Shown here piece by piece: positions 1 to 8,663 of a DNA stretch of 64,000 nucleotides (position 1 is the stretch's first letter; each line of letters starts with the position of its first letter). The position numbers and the translations under genes are program-made. The notes under the pieces were generated by a model, which searched no databases, was not told the DNA's origin, and saw only the letters and a list, made by a program, of their open reading frames with translations. The stretch covers positions 1 through 64,000 of IMG/VR virus record IMGVR_UViG_3300022839_000006, one strand, 5' to 3'.

Positions 1-16
1 ACCCTGTTGCAACTTA

Positions 17-289
17 TTGCCGACGCACCAGTCGTGGGGTGGCAGCATGAACTGGCATGACAGCGGTGGGGCCGCGTTCCCGATCCCTCACTCTAACGAG
101 CCGCACGCCCCTTGTGCAGAGCACGGCATGACGCTGCGCGACTGGTTTGCTGGTAAGGTGCTGGTTGGCGTCATTGATGCCTGCAAGGCCGACACGCGCG
201 AGCCGGGAGAAACCGCCGCCCAGATGTTCGCGCGAAAGTCTTTCGCCGTTGCCGACGCGATGCTTGCCTGCCGCGAGGTGAAGCCATGA
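17..289 (+). CDS. Hypothetical phage protein (GMTLRDWFAGK motif family) in a GC-rich patch
   Basis: GGAAFP...GMTLRDWFAGK...ADAML pattern, typical of a small protein family in temperate/siphoviral genomes. Confidence 0.55.
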   Translation: MPTHQSWGGSMNWHDSGGAAFPIPHSNEPHAPCAEHGMTLRDWFAGKVLVGVIDACKADTREPGETAAQMFARKSFAVADAMLACREVKP

Positions 290-405
290 TGACCCCCAAG
301 GAATACAACGCCGAAGTTTACACCGCTGTCATAGATGGCGCGCTGTGCATCATGGGCTGCATCGTTGTGTTTGCGCTTGCCATAGCCGCCACGGTGCTGT
401 TGTGA
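286..405 (+). CDS. Small membrane protein (39 aa, not in ORF track)
   Basis: ATGA overlap with the previous stop; MMTPKEYNAEVYTAVIDGALCIMGCIVVFALAIAATVLL has a hydrophobic C-terminus. Confidence 0.4.
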   Translation: MMTPKEYNAEVYTAVIDGALCIMGCIVVFALAIAATVLL

Positions 406-427
406 GCGGCCCGCCCGACGTCGAGGT

Positions 428-640
428 GTGGCAGATTACAGAAGCGGGGAGAGCACCACGAGACAGCACAACCACCCGTATGACAGCGCGATCGGATACG
501 CCACCATCGTGCTCCTGTGCGGCCTGTTCTGGTACTTCTTCACGGTCGGCGTGGCTGTGACCTACGACAAGGCACAGTGCAACCTCGCGAATATCGGCGA
601 GACCTGCGTCGTCATGGCGCGACCAGAGCCGCTGTTATAA
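428..640 (+). CDS. Small membrane protein
   Basis: One predicted TM segment (IGYATIVLLCGLFWYFFTVGVAV). Confidence 0.35.
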   Translation: MADYRSGESTTRQHNHPYDSAIGYATIVLLCGLFWYFFTVGVAVTYDKAQCNLANIGETCVVMARPEPLL

Positions 641-715
641 GGCGACACGGAGCAGCCCTTTAAAAAGATAGAACAGACCAAACCATAAAAACGGCCATGT
701 TCTAGGGAGTATAAT

Positions 716-1351
716 ATGAACGACGACGACAGTAAAGCATATCGTGAACATCCCAACCTCGTACACTTATTCAATAAGCTGTGGCTTGCAGAGAATCTCA
801 ATTACCATTGCGGACCTGGTGGTGTAGGACCTGAAACGCCAGGATGGTTTGTTTCGAGGCCCATCATGAACTTGCGTGGAATGGGGATAGGTGCAGAGAA
901 AATCTGGATGGACAAGGACGAGTTGTGCAAAGTGCCACCAGGTCACTTCTGGTGCGAATGGTTTGAAGGACCACATTGTTCTGTTTCATATGCTGTGAAT
1001 GGTGGTGTTGTAGTTCAGACATCGTGCTATCAAGGGTTCAATAGCCCGACAGATCTGTCCACGTTCACGTCCTGGAAAAAGATCGAACGTGACAATTTTG
1101 AGATACCGTCGTTTCTGTATAACGACTTGGTAAAGGTTCCTTCGTTCAATGTGGAGTTTATAGGCGACAAAATAATTGAAGTTCACCTTCGTGACAGTCC
1201 TGATCCTCAATATAATTTTTTAATCCCTCTGTGGGAAAAGAACGAAGAAGTTGTTGATATACTACAGAAAAACGGGTATACTTATATCAATGCCCCCGAC
1301 GATGCAGATGGTTTCTTGTTGAAACCAAGGATTGGATTCTTCGTTAAATGA
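716..1351 (+). CDS. Conserved hypothetical protein of T4-like aquatic phages (possibly ATP-grasp-like)
   Basis: RBS agggag; LFNKLWLAE..YHCGP.G...PGWFVSRPIMNL.GMG pattern recalled from T4-like cyanophage hypotheticals. Confidence 0.55.
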   Translation: MNDDDSKAYREHPNLVHLFNKLWLAENLNYHCGPGGVGPETPGWFVSRPIMNLRGMGIGAEKIWMDKDELCKVPPGHFWCEWFEGPHCSVSYAVNGGVVVQTSCYQGFNSPTDLSTFTSWKKIERDNFEIPSFLYNDLVKVPSFNVEFIGDKIIEVHLRDSPDPQYNFLIPLWEKNEEVVDILQKNGYTYINAPDDADGFLLKPRIGFFVK

Positions 1352-1462
1352 AGATGTACAGTCGTATCCTGAACATCGACCATCTCGGTGTAAGATGTCC
1401 TTGATCTAGTTTCACGTAACACAGTTCAGTATAAGCTGAGCGACAGGAAGGAAAAACTTTTT

Positions 1463-1666
1463 ATGGCAATTGTAAAGACGCACATGAAAGAAGCAGATAA
1501 TGTGTCCTTCGAGGCACAGATACACCATACCGACACAATGTTTTCTATAAAATACTTTGTCAACGGCAATCAAGTCAACAGCGAAGATTACCCTGATAAG
1601 ACTGCGAAATTTGTGGAAAGCGCAGCAGCGAGTTGGTTAGCAGCGATTAACGTGTTGAATGGTTGA
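1463..1666 (+). CDS. Hypothetical protein
   Basis: RBS aggaagga; plausible composition; overlaps the next ORF. Confidence 0.5.
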   Translation: MAIVKTHMKEADNVSFEAQIHHTDTMFSIKYFVNGNQVNSEDYPDKTAKFVESAAASWLAAINVLNG

Positions 1667-1868
1667 AAAATATGGCAACTATGAAGTAGATTTTACAGAA
1701 TTGTTTGTCCGTCTAAAGTTGAGTGAAGGTCATTATGAATATGTCATATTTGCAGACATGTATTCTTCAAGACAAGATGCGAGCCGTGCATGCAGGGCAT
1801 TTCAAATTGGTTTTACAGGCGCACAGGAACATACGTGCAGAAAGTTGCAAAATTTATTATGGACATGA
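1659..1868 (+). CDS. Hypothetical protein
   Basis: Fills the gap between upstream ORF and gp33 with short overlaps. Confidence 0.4.
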   Translation: MVEKYGNYEVDFTELFVRLKLSEGHYEYVIFADMYSSRQDASRACRAFQIGFTGAQEHTCRKLQNLLWT

Positions 1869-2107
1869 CAACCTTAGATACTCAAACACCCGAACGCATT
1901 CACCTCGCGATTGAAAAGCGATTGGCGATTGGAGCGTCCTACATAGACGCTTTGGTGGAATATGCTGAGGAGCACAACCTCGAAATAGAAGCTGTGGCTG
2001 ATATCATCAAGAAGTCACCTACCATCAAGGAAAAGATCAGGGTTGAGGCAAAGAATAGGAGACTACTAAAGAACAATGATACTACTTCAACACACTTCTT
2101 TGAATGA
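1859..2107 (+). CDS. 33: Late transcription coactivator gp33
   Basis: YIDALVEYAEEHNLEIEAVADIIKKSPTIKEKIRVEA..RRLLK; canonical 33-59-32 gene order; start moved to ATG 1859. Confidence 0.85.
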   Translation: MDMTTLDTQTPERIHLAIEKRLAIGASYIDALVEYAEEHNLEIEAVADIIKKSPTIKEKIRVEAKNRRLLKNNDTTSTHFFE

Positions 2108-2678
2108 AACAGGCTTCAAAGCATACACAACTTATCTTGCTCTGAAGCGACACTTTACTACTCCATCTTACGACTATCACAAGTACAACGGAAAAGTCAA
2201 TGCATCTTTTGAAAGTTTTGTCCACAGAAAAGACGCCTTTACATTTCAACGGATGGGCAAACAAAAAGATTACGAAGGTTTGATCTTATCAAATGTCATA
2301 CTCAATCCCAAGATCTGGGCAGGTCAATTGTTAGACGAATCAGCACGTGCGGTTCATACAGATTGGGCCAAAAAACAAAGCGCAATCACTCACCACGTAA
2401 AAGAAGGATTGAGCGATCTGGACGACGATCTGCAATCAAACTTCAAAGTGGACAACGGACAATATCCACACATAGTCAATCTTTATCTTCAAAAGCGGAT
2501 CACACTTGAACTACTTACGATAATTACAAAGATGACTAACAGCCAAACATATTGGAACAAGACAGTAACGGACAAAGTTCTGTTTCCTGATATAACACTG
2601 AAGATCGACAAGTATCACCCATTTCTTGTATACTCAAAAGAAAAAGTAACAAAAGTGATAAAAGATCGATTCTTCTAA
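2100..2678 (+). CDS. 59: Helicase loader gp59
   Basis: AYTTYLALKRHFTTPSYDYHKYNGKV...RKDAFTF; lies between 33 and 32; TTG start assumed. Confidence 0.9.
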   Translation: MNETGFKAYTTYLALKRHFTTPSYDYHKYNGKVNASFESFVHRKDAFTFQRMGKQKDYEGLILSNVILNPKIWAGQLLDESARAVHTDWAKKQSAITHHVKEGLSDLDDDLQSNFKVDNGQYPHIVNLYLQKRITLELLTIITKMTNSQTYWNKTVTDKVLFPDITLKIDKYHPFLVYSKEKVTKVIKDRFF

Positions 2679-2776
2679 CTAAACTCTCCAAAAACCACAT
2701 AAATACATTCGTAGCTGCAGAAGGTTACGCAAAACTGTCATATCAAATTCATACATCGCAAAACAAGGAGATATTA

Positions 2777-3700
2777 ATGTCTTTTGCAAATTTAAAGAAG
2801 AACCGTTCAAGCTCACTGGACAAACTTTCGTCACAGCTTGACAAGATGGCCTCAAAAGGCTTCGCAGATCCCCTCAAAGAAAAATACTGGACCCCTACTC
2901 GCGACACTGCAGGTAATGGATTCGCAATCATTCGCTTTCTGCCTGCTGCAGAGGGTGATGACGTTCCTTTCGTTCGTGTGTGGGATCACGCATTTAAGAG
3001 TACAGGTGGATGGTACATCGAGAAGTCTTTGTCCACTATTGGACAAGATGATCCGTTGGGCAAATTCAACGCAAAGCTGTGGAATACAGGGAACGAAGCT
3101 GACAAAGAGCAAGCTCGCAAGCAGAAGCGTCGTCTGAAGTACCATTCAAACATTCTCGTCGTCAAAGATTCAGCTGAACCTGAAAACGAAGGCAAGGTCT
3201 TTCTTTACGCGTACGGTAAAAAGATCTTTGACAAGCTGAACGACATGATGAAGCCACAGTTCGAAGACGAAACGCCAATCAACCCATTCGACTTCTGGGA
3301 AGGTGCTAACTTCAAACTGAAGATTCGTCAATATGAAGGCTATCCAAACTATGATCGTTCAGAGTGGGAAGAAGCGTCTCAACTGTACGATGGTGACGAA
3401 GTCAAGCTTGAAGAGACGTACAAGCAGCTGAATTCTCTTGCAGAATTGATTGCACCTTCACAGTTCAAAACATACGATGATCTGCAGGCACGTCTCCACA
3501 AAGTGCTTGGCGTTTCAGGCAACCTCGGTGAAAGTAGCAATACAACTGCAGAGAATATGGTTGACGAGGACCTCGACATGAGTAAACTCAGCAACGTTTC
3601 AGAAGAACCTGAAAAGAAGAGCTCTACTTCTGACACGTCCCCGTCCGCTGATACAGACGACGACGATTTGGCATTCTTCCGCAATCTCGCCGACAATTAA
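2777..3700 (+). CDS. 32: Single-stranded DNA-binding protein gp32
   Basis: GNGFAIIRFLP, WYIEKSLST, GKKIFDK, NPFDFWEGANFKLKIR motifs; acidic C-tail DDDDLAFFRNLADN. Confidence 0.97.
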   Translation: MSFANLKKNRSSSLDKLSSQLDKMASKGFADPLKEKYWTPTRDTAGNGFAIIRFLPAAEGDDVPFVRVWDHAFKSTGGWYIEKSLSTIGQDDPLGKFNAKLWNTGNEADKEQARKQKRRLKYHSNILVVKDSAEPENEGKVFLYAYGKKIFDKLNDMMKPQFEDETPINPFDFWEGANFKLKIRQYEGYPNYDRSEWEEASQLYDGDEVKLEETYKQLNSLAELIAPSQFKTYDDLQARLHKVLGVSGNLGESSNTTAENMVDEDLDMSKLSNVSEEPEKKSSTSDTSPSADTDDDDLAFFRNLADN

Positions 3701-3707
3701 GATGTAG

Positions 3708-3743
3708 AGGCGAGGCTGCTGTTTCGAAACAGCAGCCTCGCCT
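3708..3743 (+). terminator. Perfect 36-bp palindrome after gene 32
   Basis: aggcgaggctgctgtttcgaaacagcagcctcgcct is its own reverse complement. Confidence 0.75.
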
Positions 3744-3767
3744 ATTATCATTTAGAAAAATCACATT

Positions 3768-4046
3768 ATGACAAAAAAGACAGACTCAGATGTTGAGTTT
3801 GACTTCGGATTTTCGTTCGTTGACGAGAATGTTGAAGCCAAACTCAAAGAACATTCATCACACAAAGAAGAGATGGAAGAATTGCAATCACGTGTAGATC
3901 TTCTATATGATACCATCACTCCGTTTCTTGACAACTTATGCAGAAACCCAAGCAGGTCTACTATTCTTTGGCCTGATAGAGTGGAAAAGATTACTGAATT
4001 TAAGACACGTTTGAAAATGATCACAGAAGGGAAACATAAAAAATGA
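3768..4046 (+). CDS. Conserved hypothetical protein upstream of uvsX
   Basis: FDFGFSFVDE...FLDNLCRNP....ILWPDR pattern typical of T4-like aquatic phages; overlaps uvsX start. Confidence 0.65.
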   Translation: MTKKTDSDVEFDFGFSFVDENVEAKLKEHSSHKEEMEELQSRVDLLYDTITPFLDNLCRNPSRSTILWPDRVEKITEFKTRLKMITEGKHKK

Positions 4047-4951
4047 GTACACTACTTGAAAAGATGCTAAGCACGGGGAGTACCAAATCTTCTGCTGTTC
4101 TATCCTCATCGCCCTTTTTCAATGCAAAGGAAGCAATTCCTACCGACCTCCCAATTCTCAACATTGCATTTAGTGGATCTATTGATGGTGGGCTTCTACC
4201 AGGATTGACTGTTGTTGCAGGTGTATCAAAGAGCTTCAAAACTCTACTGAGCCTCTACTGCATGAAGGCATATTTGGACAAGTACCCTGAGGGCATTGCG
4301 CTACTATATGATTCTGAGTTTGGTATTACACCAGAGTACATTGAGAGCATCGACATCGACATCGATCGCGTTGTTCACATTCCCGTTAAGGATGTGGAGG
4401 AGCTCAAGTTCGATATGGTTCAAAAGTTAGATGCGATTGGCAAAAAAGACAAAGTGTTTATCATGATTGACTCGGTCGGCAACCTTGCATCTAAGAAAGA
4501 GCTAGAAGATGCACAAAACGAAAAGTCTGTCGCGGACATGTCACGTGCCAAGAGCTTGAAGTCGTTGTTTCGTATCATCACGCCATACCTGACAACTAAA
4601 GGAATTCCGTGCCTTGCAGTGAATCACGTATATTCAGAAATCGGCCTATATCCGAAGGCTATTGTTAGTGGTGGGTGTGTAACTGCAGGTACTAATATTC
4701 AGACCCCAACTGGTCTCAAGTCAATCGAGGATTTCAATGTTGGAGAAAGAGTCATTACGCAGTACGGAGACATGGAAGTATCGCATGTCTGGAATCCTGA
4801 TACACTTGATGATGGCAACCCTGAATGTTTTGAAATTGAATTTGAGGATGGTTACATTGTCACGTGTTCTGATGAACATAGGTTCATTGTTGATGGAGAA
4901 TGGGTCGCAGCTAAAGACCTTAAACTTGGTGCCGAATGTCAAGTCGTTTAA
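4043..4951 (+). CDS. uvsX: UvsX recombinase N-extein fused to split-intein N-half
   Basis: Walker A variant GVSKSFKT, YDSEFG, IDSVGNLAS, DMSRAK; sequence switches at SGG|C to a Hint domain and stops. Confidence 0.95.
   Translation: MSTLLEKMLSTGSTKSSAVLSSSPFFNAKEAIPTDLPILNIAFSGSIDGGLLPGLTVVAGVSKSFKTLLSLYCMKAYLDKYPEGIALLYDSEFGITPEYIESIDIDIDRVVHIPVKDVEELKFDMVQKLDAIGKKDKVFIMIDSVGNLASKKELEDAQNEKSVADMSRAKSLKSLFRIITPYLTTKGIPCLAVNHVYSEIGLYPKAIVSGGCVTAGTNIQTPTGLKSIEDFNVGERVITQYGDMEVSHVWNPDTLDDGNPECFEIEFEDGYIVTCSDEHRFIVDGEWVAAKDLKLGAECQVV
4676..4948 (+). mobile_element. Split intein N-fragment (91 aa) in uvsX
   Basis: Block A C1-VTAGTNIQT; block B VTCSDEHRF; ends W.AAKDLKLG as in IntN halves; followed by a stop codon. 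Confidence 0.92.
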
Positions 4952-4970
4952 AATAATGTTATGAGCAGAG

Positions 4971-5026
4971 TAAGAGAGTCCTTAGTTATTATAAATGATG
5001 ATGACAACAATCAAAGGACTCTCTTA
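4971..5026 (+). promoter_or_regulatory. RBS-sequestering hairpin with a late-promoter-like element in its loop
   Basis: taagagagtcctt (4971-4983) pairs perfectly with aaggactctctta (5014-5026), covering AAGGA and the A of the ATG; TATAAATG at 4990-4997. Confidence 0.75.
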
Positions 5027-5895
5027 TGAACATCATTTACAAGATCACATTTCAACACCGTCTGGCTCAGAACATTCAGCCTTATTATTACATAGGATCA
5101 AAAACTAATTGTACTGTAGTCGAAGGTGTTATATTAAACTCTAAAGGTAAACCATATTACGGCAGTTCAACATGGAAAAACTATTATGATATAGTAGAAT
5201 CTGACACTTGCACAGTAGAAATATTACAAGAAGGATTCACGGACCACAAAGAATTGTTAACGGCTGAATGTGCTGTACAGGAAGAGTTAGAGGTAGTAGT
5301 ATCACCAGAATATTTTAATAGATCATTAGCATCAGTCAGCAATTTCAATAACCCTCTATATGCTTCATATAAGCATGCAACGACTGGCAAAATGGTTAGA
5401 TTAGAAAGGACTCACGAAAAGGTTCTTGACGGAACTTATGTGGGTGTATCTAAAGGTGTAAAGTTTACTGAAGAACAACGTAATAGTCGTGGCAGATCAG
5501 GCAAAGAAAACAAGTTTTACGGAAAAACCCACACTGATGAAACCAAAGCTAAAATATCTGCTGCTAATACCGGAAAGGTACGTACTGAAGAGTTTAAGCA
5601 AGCTGTTTCGGACCGTTGTAAGGGTGTACCAAAATCTCCTGAACATCGAGCAAAGATTGGACGCCCTGGTTTGATTATGCTTAAAAATATCAATACTTTA
5701 CAAACAATTAGAATATCAATAGATGATGCTCTATTACTAGATAATACTACGTGGCTTAACCCACAAAAGGTTAATACAAAAGTTAAAAAGCCTTGTAAAT
5801 ATTGTGGTCGTCTGTTCACAAAAGGAAATATGAACAGATGGCATGGTGAAAAATGCAAAAGTAAGAGTTTACATCCAGATGATAGTTTATTATAA
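5026..5895 (+). CDS. Free-standing GIY-YIG (Seg-like) homing endonuclease with NUMOD3 repeats
   Basis: IIYKIT...YYIGSK, YYGSS, conserved E and YFN; NUMOD3-like NKFYGKTHTDETKAKIS and KSPEHRAKIG; C-terminal CKYC...RWHGEKC. Confidence 0.88.
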   Translation: MNIIYKITFQHRLAQNIQPYYYIGSKTNCTVVEGVILNSKGKPYYGSSTWKNYYDIVESDTCTVEILQEGFTDHKELLTAECAVQEELEVVVSPEYFNRSLASVSNFNNPLYASYKHATTGKMVRLERTHEKVLDGTYVGVSKGVKFTEEQRNSRGRSGKENKFYGKTHTDETKAKISAANTGKVRTEEFKQAVSDRCKGVPKSPEHRAKIGRPGLIMLKNINTLQTIRISIDDALLLDNTTWLNPQKVNTKVKKPCKYCGRLFTKGNMNRWHGEKCKSKSLHPDDSLL

Positions 5896-5926
5896 TTGAC
5901 CAATCCAACACACAAAAGGAAACAAT

Positions 5927-6499
5927 ATGAAAATACGCTCTATTAGATCAGTAGGTAAGTTACCTGTATATGATCTATCAGTAAACAGTGACAATTATGA
6001 TGAGCAGCAATATGTGCTGGAAAATGGTGTAGTTACTCACAATACGGGAATCATGTATTCAGCAAATACTGTGTTCATCATCAGCAAGTCACAAGAGAAA
6101 GACGGAACTGAGCTTGCAGGATGGAAGTTCACAATCAACATCGAGAAGTCACGGTACGTCAAAGAGAAATCTAAACTACCATTCACTGTAATGTATGAGG
6201 ATGGTATACAAAAGTGGACTGCAATCTTCGACATTGCGATGGAATCTGGCTTCATCACGAAACCGAAGGTTGGTTGGTACAATCTTGTTGATCCTGAGAC
6301 AGGCGAAGTAGACGAGAAGAACTATCGTCAGGCAGATGTGGTTACTAACAATGCTTTTTTTGAAAAACTTGTTAAAAACGTGGATTTCAAAGAGTTTGTA
6401 GAGCGCAAGTTCAAACTGTCTGCAACTCAAAAGAAGTCGGACGACAGCCACGGAGAAGATGATGCAGATGTGGAAATGGACATGGACACATACGAATAA
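5927..6499 (+). CDS. uvsX: Split-intein C-half (39 aa, 5927-6043) fused to UvsX C-extein
   Basis: Own RBS aaagga; block F VYDLSV; block G VVTHN|T; then TGIMYSANTVFII..KSRYVKEKSK matching T4 UvsX after GG. Confidence 0.95.
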   Translation: MKIRSIRSVGKLPVYDLSVNSDNYDEQQYVLENGVVTHNTGIMYSANTVFIISKSQEKDGTELAGWKFTINIEKSRYVKEKSKLPFTVMYEDGIQKWTAIFDIAMESGFITKPKVGWYNLVDPETGEVDEKNYRQADVVTNNAFFEKLVKNVDFKEFVERKFKLSATQKKSDDSHGEDDADVEMDMDTYE

Positions 6500-6516
6500 A
6501 CAGTGTACAATTGAAT

Positions 6517-6543
6517 GATGGGCAGAGTGATACTCTGCCCATC
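6517..6543 (+). terminator. 12-bp stem hairpin between uvsX and 41
   Basis: gatgggcagagt-gat-actctgcccatc. Confidence 0.55.
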
Positions 6544-6570
6544 CCATTTCCATTATAACAAGAGGTCCTG

Positions 6571-7956
6571 ATGATAGAGCAAACTATTCTTGCTAATCTA
6601 CTTTACAATGGGGAGTTTTGTCGCAAAGTCATCCCATACATCAAAGAAGAGTATTTTGATGATGTTGCTACCAAAAAGATATTTGCATCTTTCTCTGAAT
6701 ATGTCAGTACATACAAAGAACCACCTTCAATTGAGGCTCTCAAGATTACGCTGGAGGCGCGTAAAGATCTCAACGAGGATTTGTTTAAAGCTGTTAATAC
6801 AGCCGTCGACGAGTTGAAGATTGATGCAGCAACTAATCAAGATTGGCTTTTAGGCGAGACAGAGAAGTTCTGCCAAGACAAGGATCTGTTCAATTCAATT
6901 AGAAAAGCAATTTTGATTCTTGATGGGCAAGACAAAGAGTTTGACAAGGGTGCTATTCCTAAGCTGTTGTCTGATTCGCTTGGAATCAACTTTGATAGTC
7001 ACATTGGGCATGATTATATTGAAGATGCAGACAGTCGTTATGATTTCTATCATCGCACAGAAGAGCGAATTCCTTTTGACATTGATCTGTTGAACCAAAT
7101 CACTAAGGGTGGACTGCCCCGCAAATCCTTGACGTTGATTTTAGCGACCACAGGTGGTGGCAAAAGTTTGATGAAATGTCACATGGCTGCAGCTTCTCTT
7201 ATGCATGCCAAGAACGTCCTCTACATAACAGCTGAGATGGCTGAGGAGAGAATTGCAGAACGCATTGATGCTAATCTATTAGACGTCACAATTGATCAGC
7301 TACGAGAAATGCCCAGAGAAATGTTCAATACAAGAATTGCCAAGGTTAAAAGCAGAACGCCCGGAAAACTTGTAGTCAAAGAATACCCTACAGGGTCTGC
7401 TCACGCAGGACACTTTAGACATCTTCTCAATGAGCTGAAACTAAAGAAGGGGTTTGTTCCTGATATTATCTTCATTGATTATCTCAACATCTGTGCATCT
7501 TCTCGTGTGAAGGGTGCAGCAGCCGCAAACTCATACACACTGGTCAAGTCAATCGCTGAGGAAATACGTGGTTTAGCAATGGAGTTTGATTGTCCTATTG
7601 TATCGTCAAGTCAGTACAACCGCGGAGCATACGATTCGAGCGACGTTGACCTCACAAACACGTCTGAATGTATCTACGTTAAAGAAACAGTTACCATGAG
7701 TGACGGAACGTCGAGATGCATATCTGACCTGAAACCAGGCGACAAAATTAAAAGCGAAGACAGTACAAAGCTAGTCACGATGGTCCACCATCCTAAGATG
7801 AAGGATTGTGTCAAGATTAAAATGAACAGCGGCAAGTCAATCACTGTCAGTAAGGATCACGTATTTCCATCTATGTCAAACGACGGTGTTGTGTCGCGAC
7901 TATCTGTCAGTCAGGGACTAAATGTAGGTTACAGTCTTAATGTGGTAGAGGATTAA
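6571..7956 (+). CDS. 41: Replicative helicase gp41 N-extein fused to split-intein N-half (7669-7953, 95 aa)
   Basis: Walker A ATTGGGKS, AEMAEERIAERIDAN, IFIDYLN, SIAEEIRGLA; switches at NTSE|C to Hint (block B ITVSKDHVF). Confidence 0.95.
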   Translation: MIEQTILANLLYNGEFCRKVIPYIKEEYFDDVATKKIFASFSEYVSTYKEPPSIEALKITLEARKDLNEDLFKAVNTAVDELKIDAATNQDWLLGETEKFCQDKDLFNSIRKAILILDGQDKEFDKGAIPKLLSDSLGINFDSHIGHDYIEDADSRYDFYHRTEERIPFDIDLLNQITKGGLPRKSLTLILATTGGGKSLMKCHMAAASLMHAKNVLYITAEMAEERIAERIDANLLDVTIDQLREMPREMFNTRIAKVKSRTPGKLVVKEYPTGSAHAGHFRHLLNELKLKKGFVPDIIFIDYLNICASSRVKGAAAANSYTLVKSIAEEIRGLAMEFDCPIVSSSQYNRGAYDSSDVDLTNTSECIYVKETVTMSDGTSRCISDLKPGDKIKSEDSTKLVTMVHHPKMKDCVKIKMNSGKSITVSKDHVFPSMSNDGVVSRLSVSQGLNVGYSLNVVED

Positions 7957-7959
7957 CAT

Positions 7960-8574
7960 ATGAATGACAGCCAAATGGAAAAGATGCAGAACGATTGTTT
8001 TGTTAAAGCTCATCATATGATCGCCAATAACATGACCAAAGAGATGGACTTGTTTGACCTGACAGATCTGCTGATAAGCATGGAGATGGAGAAGGAGGAG
8101 AAGCAACAGGTTGAAGACAGTAAAATTGATTATAATGATACCATTGTAGAAATTGAGAATGTCGGCATGGTGGAAACGGTAGATATATCTGTAACAGGTA
8201 GTCAATTGTTCTACTGCAACAACATCTTGACAAAAAACAGCATGGGGATTGCTCACACTGCAGATTGTATCCTCGGCTTGATCTCTTCAGAAGAATTGGA
8301 GGCGATGGGCCAAATCATGATCAAGCAGTTAAAAAACAGATGGGGCGATCTTGGATTCTATAGACGGTTTGTTGTTGGAATAGACAGATCAAAAATGAAG
8401 CTGTATGACTTGGAAGAAGGTGCGCAGAGCGATGTTCAAAACGAGACAAGGAAAAAACAACAACCACGAGAGGATGAGGATAAGCCTACGTTCGATACCT
8501 CTAACTTCGGACAAGAGGAATCATTTAGAATGAAACCTTCTTGGAAGAAAACTAAGGCAGACGGATTCATATGA
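7960..8574 (+). CDS. 41: Split-intein C-half (7960-8238) fused to gp41 C-extein
   Basis: RBS GAGGA at 7948-7952; block F TVDISV; block G ILTKN|S; then SMGIAHTAD...KQLKNRWGD..RFVVGIDRSKMKLYD. Confidence 0.93.
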   Translation: MNDSQMEKMQNDCFVKAHHMIANNMTKEMDLFDLTDLLISMEMEKEEKQQVEDSKIDYNDTIVEIENVGMVETVDISVTGSQLFYCNNILTKNSMGIAHTADCILGLISSEELEAMGQIMIKQLKNRWGDLGFYRRFVVGIDRSKMKLYDLEEGAQSDVQNETRKKQQPREDEDKPTFDTSNFGQEESFRMKPSWKKTKADGFI

Positions 8575-8663
8575 TAAGATAGTTGCCTTTTGTGTAGAGG
8601 CGCGCTATGATTAGGTAACAGCTCAACGCGTTGAGTTATAAATACAAACACAGCCGAAAGGAA

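Noticed and set aside
4952-5926. Group I intron joining the uvsX halves at RNA level
   Set aside because: Only 74 nt before and 31 nt after the endonuclease ORF, too little for a ribozyme core; the C-half has its own RBS and ATG
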